Source: Heterodontus francisci (taxonomy: Eukaryota). From it: a DNA stretch of 64,000 nucleotides. Of this stretch, positions 34,711 to 48,502 are shown in pieces. Location of the stretch: positions 66,210,862 to 66,274,861 of the forward strand of contig NC_090399.1 of the NCBI RefSeq assembly GCF_036365525.1, given 5' to 3'. Position 1 is the first letter of the stretch. Every line of letters starts with the position of its first letter. A program made the position numbers and the translations under genes. The notes beneath the pieces were generated by a model. It made no database searches. It saw only the letters and a program-made list of their open reading frames with translations, and was not told the origin of the DNA.

Positions 34711-36700
34711 GGACAAACAAGTCCAGGGAACACTAGATGTCAAGGGATATAGAGCAGTGGATAAGGGAAAAAAAAGGAGGCTTATGGCAGATTCAAAGCA
34801 CTTAACAGCAGAGGCATTAGAGGAGTATAGAAAGTGTAGTGGGGATACCTAAAAAAGTAATTAGGAGAGCGAAGAGGGGACATGAAAAAACACTGGTGGG
34901 CAAGATAAAGGAAAATCCTAAGGTATTTTATAAGTATATAAGGGCAAGAGGATAACCGGGAAAGAGTAAGACCAATTAAGGACCAAAGTGACAATGTGTG
35001 TGTGGAGCCGAAGGACGTAGGTGAGGTTTTAAATGATTATTTTTCATCTGTGTTCACTATGGAGAAGGACGATGTTGGTATAGAGATCAGGGAGGGGGAT
35101 TGTGATATACTTGAAAAAGTTAGCATTGAAAGGGAAAAAGTATTAGCTGCTTTAGCAGGATTAAAATTGGATAAATCCCCAGGCTCAGATGAGATGTATC
35201 CCCAGGCTGTTATGTGAGGCAGGGGAGGAGATTGCAGGGGCTCTGTCACAAATTTTCAAATCCTCTCTGGCCACAGGAGAGGTACCAGAGGACTGGAGGA
35301 CAGCGAATGTGGTACCAATATTCAAGAAGGGTAGCAGGGATAAACCAGGTAATTACAGGCCAGTGAGTCTAACATCAGTGGTAGGGAAACTATTGGCAAA
35401 GATTCTGAGGGACAGGATTAATCTCCACTTGGCAAGGCAGGGATTAATTAGGGATAGTCAGCATGGATTTGTCAGGGAGATCATGTCTAACATATTTAAT
35501 TGAATTTTTCGAGAAGGTGACTAGTTGTGTAGATGAGGGTAAAGCAGTTGATGTCATGTACATGGACTTAAGTAAGGCTTTTGAGAAGGTCCCACATGGG
35601 AGATTGGTTAAGAAGGTAAGCGCCCATGGGATCCAGGGCAATTTGGCAAATTGGATCCAAAATTGGCTTAGTGGCAGGAGGCAGAGGGTGATGGTCGAGG
35701 GTTGTTTTTGTGAGTGGAAGCCTGTGACCAGTGGTGTATCGCAGGGATCAGTGCTGGGACCCTTGCTGTTTGTAGTGTACATGAATGATTTAGACGTGAA
35801 TACAGAGGTATGATCAGTAAGTTTGCAGATGACATGAAAATTGGTGGTGTTGTAAATAGTGAGGAGGAAAACCTTAGATTACAGAACGATATTGATGGGC
35901 TGATAAGATGGGTGGAGCTGTGGAAAATGGAATTTAATCCTGAGAAGTGTGACGTGATGCATTTTGGGAGGACTAACAAGGCAAGAGAATATGCAATGGA
36001 TGGTAGGACCCGAGGAAGTACAGAGGGACCTTGGTGTACTTGTCCATAGATCACTGAAGACAGCAGCACAGGTAGATAAGGTGGTTAGGAAGGCATATGA
36101 GATAGTTGCCTTTATTCGCCGAGGCATAGAATATAAGAGCAGGGAGGTTATGACTGAGCTGTATAAAACGCTAGTTAGGCCACAGCTGGAGTACTGTGTA
36201 CAGTTCTGGGCACCACACTAGGAAGGATGTGATTGCACTGGAGAGGGTGCAGAGGAGATTCACCAGGATGTTGCCTGGGCTGGAGCATTTCAGCTATGAA
36301 GAGAGACTGGATAGGCTAGGGTTGTTTTCCTTAGAACAGAGAAGGCTGAGGGGGGGACCTGATTGAGGTACACAAAATTATGAGGGGCATAGATAGGTTA
36401 GATAGCAAGAAACTTTTTCCCTAGATTTAAGGTAAGGGGCAGGAGGTTTAGAGGGGATTTGAGGAAATATTTTTTCACCCAGAGGGTGGTTGGAATCTGG
36501 AACACACGACCTGAAGAGGTGGTAGAGGCAGGATACCTCACAGCATTCAAGAAGTATTTAGCTGAGCACTTGAAATGCCACAGCATGCAAGGCTATGGGC
36601 CATGTGCTGGAAAATGAATTCGAATAGGTGCTTGATGGCTGGCACAGACACGATAGGCTGAAGGGCCTGTTTCTGTGCTGGATAACTCTATGATTCTTGT
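34710..36700 (+). mobile_element. 5'-truncated CR1 LINE
   Basis: [39 protein letters not shown]; tail CTCTATGATTCT. Confidence 0.9.
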
Positions 36701-37044
36701 TGTAGACGGTAACATTGCATTTGTGTGGAGCGAATGTCACTTGTCAGCCCAAGCCAGGTCTTGCGACATTTCTACACGGACTGCTTCAGTATCTGAGGAG
36801 TCACAAATGGTGCTGAACATAGTGCAATCATCAGCGAACATCCCCACTTCTGACCTTATGATTGAAGGAAGATCATTGATGAAGCAGCTGAAGATGGTTG
36901 GGCCTAGGACACTACCCTGAGGAACTCCTGCAGTGATGTCCTGGAGCTCAGATGATATGACTCCAACCAGCAGAAAGTTTTTCCCTTGATTCAGTTTTGC
37001 TAGGGCTCCTTGATGTCAAGGGCAGTCACTCTCACCTCACCTCC

Positions 37045-37570
37045 TGTCTTTGAACAAAAGCCTGCTAAATTAATTCTCAACTCCGCCTGAAAAGGACTGT
37101 TCTAAAAGATCCCAGTGACCTGTCGACGTGTACTCGGAAGGCAGACTGGATGCCAGTTTAGGAACACAACATATATCATCTGCTGTTTCTTGAAGAATAA
37201 ACAAGTGTTCAGCCCAAGTGTTTTTTTTTTGGTCTATAAAAGAGCTCTGAAAACAAAAATCCCTTTATTTTTCCGGTTAATTGCTGTATATGGATGTGTG
37301 GGTGAGTGTGTTGGGGTCGAAGGTAAAAAGGGAACTTTAATATTTCAATCTGTGTGTTTATGCTTTACTCCATTACTGGTAAAGACTTGTTTTATAATAA
37401 ACTGATAATTTGGTTGTTGATTAAAGAAACCTGGTTGGTGTGTTTTATTCTGGGAAAAATAGAGTCTGTGATTGACCGTATCGGTAAGTGGGAAAATTTT
37501 ATATATGTTGTGATTTGTAGAGAAGTGGAACTAGAATAAACAGAATTCTCCGTCCACCTCGGTTATAACA
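37045..37570 (+). mobile_element. Possible LTR 3' portion (5' portion perhaps at 33690-33990)
   Basis: AATAAA/ATTAAA signals and a ...TTATAACA terminus; no coding homology visible. Confidence 0.3.
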
Positions 37571-38952
37571 CAGTTACCTGGGATTTTCATTGTTAGATCT
37601 GAACATTCTCCACCATTAGATACATTAGACAGAGACAGGAAGTGGAGTCCAAACCTCATTTATTATTGGAATTTCGGGAATACAAAATTGCATTACAGAG
37701 CCCCCTCTCACAAAGCACATGCCCCACCACTCCCCTCCCCCCATAAACCCCAGCAAAATATAAATCTGATCACACTCCCCGATCTCCCAATGATCAACAC
37801 ATTCCCATGTCCCGGGACTGTCACGCAGAGCAGGACCACCCCACTCTCCCACCCCATCTACAACCTCCATCAGGATTGATGGTCTTGGGGATTAGGCCCC
37901 CCTCCCCCGCCCCAGGGACCAGTCCCTGTGGGTTCCAGTTGGTCAAGGGCCACTTGGACGGAGTGAGAGTGTATCTCCACTCCCAGTTAGTACATCGGAC
38001 AATTTAACCAGAAACTGAGTGAGGGTGAGGAGATGATCAGGGTCACGCTCATTAATTATTCTTGATGAAGTAAAGGATTCAAAGACAGTTAACATTTAAA
38101 AAGCAAAAGTGTAAACAAGCCCCCCCATTGAAATCAGTGAATGATTCAACATTCCCAGAGCATATGCAGAGTAAACCATACAGGTCAAAGTTCAAAATGA
38201 TCAGAGAGTACAGACATTCATAATCAACAACCCCCCCCCCCCCCCCCCCCCCCAAGTTACAATTAAACAGAGTCACAGATGTAGAGCTATGATCAGTCAC
38301 TCGCCATCACCTCGATGATAAACCGCCCTCCCTGATTCAGCAATTCATCCCGCTGACTGTGCACTGAACTCCCTGGAATTTCAGCGGGACACGGGAGACC
38401 ACTGGGGAAGAGAAATAAATACATGGTTAGAGAGAGAGGCAAATCCATCAGAGCCAACCAAACACCAGCAACAAAACCCATCAAATGCCACCCCCCCCAA
38501 AACAAGGGCAGCAAAACCCAGATGCCCTCGAAACACCATCAGACCCATCCGAACACCAGCAGCAAAACTCATTAGACCATTCACTCTCCAAAAACTAGTA
38601 ACACTGAATCCTCGGGGAGAGACAACACGAAACCCCAGTGACCAATTTGAAGAAAACCTGCCTCCTTTAGATGAAACTGAGAGGCTGACAGGAGGCCATG
38701 TCCTGACAGGAAATGTTATGAGAAGTGTTTATCACTCCCCAACACTCATATCTCCAGTCTCAGACTGAACAGGACCAGCATCTCCAGTCGGCCATTCTCA
38801 AAGCTGAGTGTTGAATTGTATGATCCAGCCTTTGATGTGTATAGAGAGAGACACTGCACTCAAATTCCACCCAGGAGATTGTACAGGAAACACCAACTGT
38901 AATAGCCCAGTTAGAAGACCAGTGAAGAATATACTATTGAAATATTCATACC

Positions 38953-38999
38953 TCAGGCATTGGCAGAGGAGTTTGATGAGGATTCCCCCCTATCAGAAG
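38953..38999 (-). CDS. MHC class I heavy chain, last coding (cytoplasmic) exon
   Basis: Acceptor TTAACAG|; (T)SDRGESSSNSSANA*; G|GTATGA donor 1 nt after the stop (exon 38952-38999, 48 nt). Confidence 0.88.
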
Positions 39000-39273
39000 C
39001 TGTTAATAGAAGGACAAGTATTAAAAATCTGTTCACTATTAGAGACAGAGAGACAGACAGAGGGTAACACACACAAAGACCGGGCGGTGGGGTGGGGGGA
39101 GTAGGAGGGGAGGGGGATGCTGTTGGGGGCAGGGGAATACACACAGAGAGGAAGATACCACACACAGATGGAGACAGAGCAATAAACGTTTCACTGTACA
39201 GACACTATTAGCAGCAATTCCTGCTCTTCATACAGTTATTTGAAGATCCAGTTGTAGTTTGAGGTAAACTTAC

Positions 39274-39306
39274 TCTTTGCTGGATTGTAGCCGGTCTTCT
39301 CCCCCG
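39274..39306 (-). CDS. MHC class I heavy chain, 33-nt cytoplasmic exon with conserved Tyr
   Basis: TTGTTTTACAG| (A)GEKTGYNPAK |GTAAGT; phase 1-1, in frame with the flanking exons. Confidence 0.9.
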
Positions 39307-39862
39307 CTGTAAAACAAGGAATTCTCAGTTAGTGACCAGACACTGACAGTCAGAGAGGAGAGAGACGGAAGATAGTGACAGCTTTATCATTCCCAGTCAC
39401 CTTCCCCCTGGGACCACCACTCATAGGAAGATAAGTACATAGGAACAGGAGTAGGCCATTTACTCATTCAATGAGTTCATGGCTGATCTGCAATCTAATT
39501 CCATCGACCCACCTTTGCCTCATATCCCTTCATACCTCTGGCTAACAAAAAAACTATTACTTAATTTTAAAATTAACTGTTGCTGTTTGGGGAAGAGAAT
39601 TCCAAACTTCTACCACCCTTGTGAGAAGCATCACCTAATTTCACTGCTGAAAGGTCTGGCTCTAATTTCTCGACAATGCTCCGAGTCCTACACTCCCCAA
39701 ACAGTGGAAATAGTTTCTAACTCCATTAATATCTTAAAAATGACCATCAAATCACCCCTTCACCTAAATTCAATGCAATACAATCCTAGTTTGTGTATTC
39801 TCTCCTCATAGCTTAACCCTTGGAGTCCAAGTATCATTCTGGTAAATTAAGAGCAAAATTCA

Positions 39863-41550
39863 ATGGAATACAATTCTAACCCTGATATTGTTATCAAACC
39901 TGCTGACGAGGCTGGTGCTGTTGGTGTCTGGTGGACCGACCTCTACATTGCAGAGGCTGAGTGCCAAATCACAGACACTTCTTCCTACCTCCCCTGGACC
40001 ATGATCCCATCACCAAACATCAAGCTACCGTATCCAGGACTATCAATGACCTCATCTCCTCTGGAGATCTTCCCTCTACAGCTTCCCACCTCAGTCTCAC
40101 AACTCCGAACAGATTGCTTCTATCTCCATCCTAAAATCCACAAACAGGACTGTCCTGGTAGACCCATCACTTCAGCCTGTTCCTGCCCCACTGAACTTAC
40201 TGCCTCCTATCTTGATTCTATTTTTTCACCCCTTGTCCAGTCTGTTCCCACCGACATCCGTGACTCTTCCAACTCCCTACGTCATTTCGATAGTTCCCAG
40301 TTTCCTGGCCCTAACCGCCTCCTCTTCACTACGGACGTCTAATCTCTCTACACTTCCATCCCCCACCAGGATGGTTTGAGGGCTCTCCGCTTCTTCCTGG
40401 AACAGAGGCCCAACCAGTCCCCATCCACCACTACCTTCCTCCACCTGGCTGAACTTGTTCTCACATTGAACAACTTCTCTTTCAACTCCACTCACTTCCT
40501 TCAAGTAAAAGGTGTTGCTATGGGTACCCGCATGGGTCCTAATTATGTCTGTCTTTTTGTGGGATATGTCGAACATTCCTTGTTCCAGTCCAACTCAGGC
40601 CCCCTCCCCCAACTCTTTCTGGTGAATTGTTGACTGTATTGATGCTGTTTCCTGCTCCCGCCCTGAACTGGAAAACTTCATGAACTTTGCTTCCAATTTC
40701 ACCCTTCTCCCACCCTCACATAATCCATCTCCGACACTTTCCTTCCTCGACTTCTCTGTCTCCATCTCTGGGAATAGGCTGTCCACTAGTATTTATTATA
40801 AGCCACCAACTCCCCCGGCTACCTTGACTACACTTCCTCACATTCTCCGTCTCCAACGCATCTGCTCTGATGATGCAACCTTCCACAACAGCGTTTCTGA
40901 TAGGTCTTCCTTTTTCCTCAACCAAAGATACCTCCCCCAACTGTGGTTGACAGGGCCCTCAAACGTGTCCGGCCCATTTCCTGCACCTCTTCCCTCACCC
41001 CTTCCCCTCCCTCCCAGAACCGTGACAGGGTTCCCCTTGTCCTCACTTTCCACCCCACCAGCCTCCACATCCAAAGGATCATCCTCCGCCATTTCCACCA
41101 CCTCCAATGTGATGCCGAATACAGCTCCCCTCCGAAAGGATCAATAATCTCAGTGACACCCTGGTCCACTCCTCCATTACCCCCGACACCTTCCCTTTTC
41201 CACGACACCTTCCCCTGCAATCCCAGGTGTAATACCTACCCTTTTACCTCCTCTCTCCTCACTATCCAAGTTCCCAAACACTTCCTCCAGGTGAAGCAGT
41301 GATTTACTTGTACTTCTTTCAATTCACTGCTCACAGTGCAGTCTCCTCTACATTGGGGAGACCAAACGCAGAGTGGGCGACCACTTTGCAGAACACCTCT
41401 GCTCGGACTGCAAGCATGATCCTGAGCTTCCGGTTACTTGCAATTTTAATTCTCCTTCCTGCTCTCATACCCATATTTCTGTTCTTGGTCTGTAGCAGTG
41501 TTCCAGTGAACATCAACGCAAGCTCGAGGAACAGCACCTCATTTTTTGAC
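39863..41550 (+). mobile_element. Decayed Penelope-like element (RT and GIY-YIG endonuclease); terminal repeat resumes ~42660-43110
   Basis: IVIKPADEAGA, PKIHKQDCPGRPI, DV*SLYTSIP, QVKGVAMGTRMGP, LYIGETKRRVGDHFAEHL (~41345). Confidence 0.88.
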
Positions 41551-41551
41551 T

Positions 41552-42640
41552 AGGAACATAGGAGCAGGAGGAGTAGGCCATTCAGCCCATCGAGCCTGCT
41601 CTGCCATTCAATATGATCATGGCTGATCATCCACTTCAATGCCTTTTTCCCCCACACTATCCCCATATCCCCTTATGTCATTTGTATTTCGAAATCTGTC
41701 AATCTCTGCTTTAAACATGTTCATGTAAGCCCCCACCTGCCAAGAACGAGGCACATTTGTTTTGTCATATGAACTTTAATTTTGAACTGTTGCTGGATTG
41801 AGGAAATGATTTGTTGAACAGATCACCTGTAGCTGCCTGCATCTACTCTGTCTATCCTTTTAAGTATTTTGTAGGTTTAAAAGAGATCACCTCACATTCT
41901 TCGAAACTCTAGACAATACAGGCCTAGTTTCCCCAATCTCTCTTCATAGGACAGTCCCGACATAGAATCATAGAAGGTTTAAGGCACAGAAAGAGGCCAC
42001 TTGGCCCATCATGCCCCTGCCGGCCAAAAAACGATCCACCTATTCTAATCCCACCTTCCAGCATTTGGTCCGTAGCCCTGCAGATTACAGCACTTGAGGT
42101 GTATATCCAGACTCCTTTTGAACGAGTTGAGGGTTTCTGCCTCAACTACCCTTTCAGGCAGTGAGTTCCAGACTCCCACCACCCTCTGGGTGAACAAGTT
42201 TTTCCTCATCTCCCCTCTAATTTTGTACCAATCACTTTAAATCGATTCCCCCTCGTCACTGACCTCTCTGCTAAGGTGAATAGACCCTTCACCTCCACTC
42301 TATCCAAGCCCCTCAAAATTGTATACATTTCAATCAGATCTCCCCTCAGCCTAAAGAGAACAACCCCAGCCTATCCAATCTTTCCTCATAGCTGCATTTT
42401 CCAGTCCTGGCAACATCCTTGTAAATCTCCTCTGTACCCTCTCTGGTGCAATTACATCCTTTCTGTAATGAGGTGACCAGAACTGCCATCTTGGGAACAA
42501 GTCCAGTGAACCTTTGTTGCACTCCCTCTATGGCAATAATATCCTTCCTAAGGTAAGGGAACCAAAATTGCACACAGTACTCCAGGTGCGGTCTAACTAA
42601 CGTTCTATACAATTGAAGTAAGACTTCAAGCACTCTACAT
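41552..42640 (-). mobile_element. Nested CR1 3' fragments
   Basis: CR1 tails at ~41552 and ~41960; [11 protein letters not shown] on the minus strand. Confidence 0.8.
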
Positions 42641-44269
42641 CCTTCTGGACTCAATATTAAGATCAATCATTTCAGACCATGAGCCCCATTTTTTTTGTGT
42701 ATTTATTTTAAAAATATATTTCAGATTTATTTATTTATTTTTTAACCATGTGTTAGTCTCAAACTTATTTTTCATGTTTTTGTTTTCGCACGGACCTGTT
42801 CATTATTCTGCCTTTAACACTCTCTCTGGACTGTGCTTTGTCTTTTGCTGTAACTATTTAGCACTTCATTTACATTACATTCCATGACATCTCTCATTTA
42901 ACATCTCCCCCTCCGTCCGATCACAGTCTGTCCTTCTTGTTCTACTTCACCCCCTCCCCCCCCTCCCCCCCCCCCCCTCAAAGACTGTTACATTTCTAAC
43001 CTTTGACAGTTCTGATGAAGGGTCACAGACTTAAAAAGTTAACTGTGTTTCTCTCTCCACAGATGCTGCCACACCTGCTGAGTATTTCCGGCACTTTCTG
43101 TTCTCATTTCATCATTCTGGTAAATCCGTGCTGCACTCCCTCCAAGACCTATATATTCATCCTGGTATCCAGAACTGTTCACAGTAACTCCAGGTTAACC
43201 AGGGCTTTGTATCGCTGAGGTGTGACTTCTACTCCCTTATATCCTAGACCTCTAGATATAAAGGTCAGCATTTCATTAGTCTTTTAGATTATTTTCTGTA
43301 CATGCTGCGAGGGGAATGTATTTTTATGCCATGTTTTTATTCAGCTATCTGATTGTAACAGTTTTTGCTGAATTTCAGTTTGTGTTTTAACTGTTCTGAC
43401 AAATTGTAACAATATCTTGTTACAGATATAAACTGGGACTTGGTGATTTAATGTGCTTTCATGTGCAGAGTTTGACAAAGGCTGGTAAAAACATGGAGTG
43501 CGGAGGACATCGGGACACAGGGAGAAGAGGAATTCCGACCAAAGATCTCATCATTGGGGCTTATATTGGACTTGTTAAAAATAAAGACAGTTTAACTGAA
43601 CAAGGACACACACAGAAACCCTACACACACCCGAGTCAGGACATGTCATTAAGGTGGTAGTCTCAGACTATTACAACATCAAACATTGTCTACAACAGTT
43701 CTCAGACAATGACCTCTCAGACTATGTGTGAATGATTTCCTCCTGCCTTATTAAGATGTACATATCACATCATTGCTGGTATGGACCCAAACTCACCCCC
43801 TCCCACCTGCTGAGAGCAGGATATGACCGCATGTAGGTGGTCTTGCAAAGCCATGGTGGGATTGATAAGGCACTGAAACCCAATCGGATGACCCAATTTG
43901 AGACATTACTCATTATGTCACAGGACCAGGGTCAGAAAGGGGGAGAAAGCCACAGCCCTCAAGGATATTGTTGCTGCAGTTGGGAAGAGTGACCTAGTCA
44001 GTCACTACAGATGTGAAGAGAACTCGTTCAGCGGACCGACTACTGGAGGACGGACTCTTACACGCGAGGTTACCAACTAGCAGTATAGTGAGTATTTACC
44101 TTCTACCCAAACTATACGGATATTAAGTAGTTTGTGGGAACAAATACTTTGTCTCCTTGTTAAGTGCCATTGTTATCAAGAGTAAGGCAAAATTCCACAC
44201 TATTTGGGGGAAGGTACCTGGGGTAAATGACATTTTAATGATCTACGTACCTAGAACCTGGACCGCCCT

Positions 44270-46620
44270 GTTTCTAGTATTTCATCATTCAGAAAGTACT
44301 CTGGTTTACCTTTCATTGGTCCAAAGTGGATGATGTCACATTTGCCGACATTGAAATCCATTTGCCATAGTTTTGCCCATTCACTTAATCTATCAATTTT
44401 ATCTCTTCAATTAATCTCTTTGTAATTTTATGCTTCCATCTACACTGCCTACAATACTGTCTATTTTTGTGTCGTCTACAAATCTGGATATGTGATTTTC
44501 TATCTCATTGTTTGTTAATAAATACAGTGAATAGTTGAGACTCCAACACAGATCCTTGTGGGACATGACTAATCACATCCTGACAATTACACTACCTGTC
44601 CATTATCCCTACTCTCCGTCTCCTGTCACTCAGCTAACTTCCTAACAGGTCGATAATTTATCTTCAATTTCCTGAGCTTCACCTTTAACTAAACAGTCTC
44701 TTTTGAGGAACTTTATCAAATGCCTTCTGGAAGACCATATAAATAACATCCATAGACATTCCCCTATTCCTTTAGTCACCTCTTCAAACAATTCAGTATC
44801 AAATCCATGCTGGTTTTCTATGATCAGCTGACAATGTTCAAGGTGCTGAATTCTCCAATTAAATTATCGACTCTAGTAATTTTCTGATAACAGATGTGAG
44901 GCTAACTGGTCTATAATTTCCACCTTCCTTCAATAGCAGACTGACAGGCACAATTTTCCAATCTTAAGGAACAGTTCCTGAATCAAGCAAACTTCAGAAG
45001 ATTATAGTTAGGGATCTGCACTGTTCTCACCTCCTTCCTTTAAAACTCTGGGATAGAACCATCTGATCCTGGGGATTTATCACTTTTTAGTGTCATTAAT
45101 TTCTCCATTACTGTTACATTACTGATGTTAATTTTACTGAGTTCCTGTCTCTGATCCAATAATAGTTTCCTTGGGAAGTCTGTCATTCTTTTCTCTTCCT
45201 CCACTGTAAATATTGACACAAATTAATTATTCAACATGTCCACCATTTCCTTCTCATTGACAACATCACCATCATCAGTTTTCAAAGGGACTGCTTTGCT
45301 TCTGACCCTCTTTTTCCGAATGTAACTAAGTTCTTTGTGTTGATTTTGATCACCCTTGCAAGTTTCTTTTCGTACTTCTTCTTGTAACCCTTACTATCTG
45401 CTGTGTCATCCTTTGCTGTTCTTTGCACCTTCCTCATTCACCAGGATCTGTGCTATTTTTTACATTTCTGTATGTTTTTTACAGTTTGTTATCTCTTACC
45501 TTTTTAATTGCCCATAGCTGTCTTTTTTGGCAGGTAGAACACTTGCCCTTTAGTGATATAAACTGCTTTTGGATCACTTTAAATTCTCTTTTGAACACCT
45601 CCCACTGATCTTCTGTTTTACTCATTAATAGATTTGTCCAGTTTACTCTGGACAATCTGTGTCTTATCCTGTTAAAATCAGCATTACCTAATTCTAGAAT
45701 CTGAGTGGCTGTTTCATGTTTCTCCATTTCAACACTACGAGAACTCAATCATATTATGATCACTATTTGATCAATATTCTTCCACTGTTAGGGTGTTAAC
45801 TAAATCAGTCTCATTACTCATTATTAATCTAATAGAGCATGTCTCCTTGTTGGATTTTAGATTAGAGATACTGCACTGAAACAGGCCCTTCGGCCCACCG
45901 AGTCTGTGCCGAACATCAACCACCCATTTATACTAATCCTACACTAATCCCATATTCCTATCACATCCCCACCTGTCCCTATATATTTCCCTACCACCTA
46001 CCTATACTAGGGGCAATCTATAATGGCCAATTTACCTATCAACCTGCAAGTCTTTTGGCTTGTGGGAGGAAACCGGAGCACCCGGAGAAAACCCACGCAG
46101 ACACAGGGAGAACTTGCAAACTCTGGGACGTTTCTGAAAACTATCCTGGACACACTCTAGAAATTCACTACCTTTCTGATGTGTGGTAGTCTGCTTATCC
46201 CAGTCTATAATGAAAGTTAAAATCCCTACTTAAAACCATTCCGGTTTGACTACTTGCTTATCTAAACTTTATACAAGTTACAGCTTCACAGCTACTACCT
46301 GGGGGTCTATACAGCACTCCCGCTAGTCTTAAATACTTCTCAATTTCTTAATACGACCCATAAGTTCTCCACTGCCTGCTGAACTCTGGTTATATCCTCT
46401 CTTCCCACTGAAGTGATTTCATCTTTCATCACTAAGGTAACTGTTCCTCCTTCACCATTTTTCCGATCTTTCCTGTGGACCGGATAACCTGGTATATTTC
46501 ATTCCCATTCCTCCCCATCTTCCATCCCAGTCTCCTTAATGGCTGCCTTGTCATAGCCTCCAAGTTGAATTCAAGTCTGCAATTCATGGAACTTGTTCCT
46601 GATACTCTATGTGTTTTTAT
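44270..46620 (-). mobile_element. Old, heavily decayed CR1 LINE ORF2
   Basis: Recognisable minus-strand remnants of the WQMDFN..KCD, DF.KAFDKVP, YRPVSLTS and KSPG.DG regions. Confidence 0.7.
45858..46122 (-). mobile_element. 5'-truncated HE1-type SINE
   Basis: Matches the body and tail of 1493-1840 and 5833-6138. Confidence 0.85.
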
Positions 46621-46844
46621 AAAGAATGCTGACTTGGGACACAAACACTAACACTGTCATTCTGTTTGAATATTTTACTCACACATTTCCCATTTCTCTC
46701 CCTCTCCTGGTTTAATTTCTTCACATCGTTTAGTTTTGCCTTAATTTGTGGTTCCGAAAGAACATCCTCTCCTCCGCTCACTGGACCCAGTGTCGACATT
46801 TCCTTGTTCACCATCTTCAGACCCGGAGCCAACCCCCATCCACC

Positions 46845-48200
46845 CCACCCCGGGTCACCATTCCCCACACACCAGGAATCCCACCCCCACCATGGGCTCC
46901 CAAACACTCCCCCACTCCACCCCGGGTCACCATTCCCCACCCACCAGCAATCCACCCCCACCCTGGGCTCCCAAACACTCCCCCACTCCACCCCGAGTCA
47001 CCATTCCCCACCCACCAGCAATCCCACCCCCACCCTGGGCTCCCAAACACTCCCCCACTCCACCCCGGGTCACCATTCCCCACCCACCAGCAATCCACCC
47101 CCACCATGGGCCCCAAACACTCCCCCACTCCACCCCGGGTCACCATTCCTCACACACCAGGAATCCCACCCCCACCATGGGCTCCCAAACACTCCCCCAC
47201 TCCACCCCGGGTCACCATTCCCCACCCACTGGCAATCCCACCCACACCCTGGGTCCCCAAACACTCCTCCACTCCATCCCAGGTCACCATTCCCCACACA
47301 CCAGCAATCCCACCCACACCCTGGGTCCCCAAACACTCCCCCACTCCACCCCGTGTCACCATTCCCCACACACCAGCAATCCCACCCCCACTCTGGGTCC
47401 CCAAACACCCCCCCACTCCACCCCGGGTCACCATTCCCCACCCACCAGCAATCCCACCCACACCCTGGGTCCCCAAACACTCCCCCACTCCACCCCGGGT
47501 CACCATTCCCCACCCACCAGCAATCCCACCCACACCCTGGGTCCCCAAACACTCCCCCACTCCACCCCGAGTCACCATTCCCCACCCACTGGCAATCCCA
47601 CCCCCACCCTGGGTCCCCAAACACCCCCCCACTCCACCCCGGGTCACCATTCCCCACCCACCAGCAATCCCACCCCCACCCTGGGTCCCCAAACACTCCC
47701 CCACTCCACCCCGTGTCACCATTCCCCACCCACTGGCAATCCCACCCCCACCCTGGTCCCCAAACACTCCCCCACTCCACCCCGAGTCACCATTCCCCAC
47801 CCACTGGCAATCCCACCCCCACCCTGGGCTCCCAAACACTCCCCCACTCCACCCCGGGTCACCATTCCCCACCCACCAGCAATCCCACCCACATCCTGGG
47901 TCCCCAAACACTCCCCCACTCCACCCCGTGTCACCATTCCCCACCCACTGGCAATCCCACCCCCACCCTGGGCTCCCAAACACTCCCCCACTCCACCCCG
48001 GGTCACCATTCCCCACCCACCAGCAATCCCACCCCCACCCTGGGCTCCCAAACACTCCCCCACTCCACCCCGGGTCACCATTCCCCACCCACCAGCAATC
48101 CCACCCCCACCCTGGGCCCCCAAACACCCCCCACTACACCCCGAGTCACCATTCCCCACCCACTGGCAATCCCACCCCCACCCTGGGCCCCCAAACACAC
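46845..48200. repeat. 72-bp C-rich minisatellite, ~19 units
   Basis: Unit CCCCGGGTCACCATTCCCCACCCACCAGCAATCCCACCCCCACCCTGGGTCCCCAAACACTCCCCCACTCCA. Confidence 0.95.
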
Positions 48201-48285
48201 CCCTGTCCCCCTCCCCCAAACTTACATCACCCAGAGTCCGCACGGCCCCAGTGAGCATTTTGGCCATTTTCTCTCCAATTCCTAC

Positions 48286-48390
48286 CTTTCTTTTTGTAGA
48301 TGACGACACCCACGACAACAGCGATGATCAGCAGAACAACAACAACCAGAACACCGACAATAATAGGGAGCAGGGAGACAGACTTCCGTT
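48286..48390 (-). CDS. MHC class I heavy chain, connecting peptide/transmembrane exon
   Basis: TTTATCAG| (E)RKSVSLLPIIVGVLVVVVLLIIAVVVGVVIYKKK G|GTAGGA; 105 nt, phase 1-1; not in the ORF track. Confidence 0.9.
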
Positions 48391-48502
48391 CTGATAAATA
48401 GAACCAGAGAGAGAGCGTGAATCAGACATCAGGGAACAGACACAGGCAGAGAGAGAGAGCGAGAGGACACACAGAGCCCCACGCGCTGTAATATCCCGGG
48501 AC

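Noticed and set aside
43305-44245. Possible solo LTR in the MHC intron
   Set aside because: It interrupts CR1 sequence, but I could not define termini or a target-site duplication with confidence
46666-48394. Three overlapping ~500-aa Pro/His-rich ORFs (mucin/extensin-like)
   Set aside because: All three frames are open because of the 72-bp C-rich repeat; no independent gene evidence
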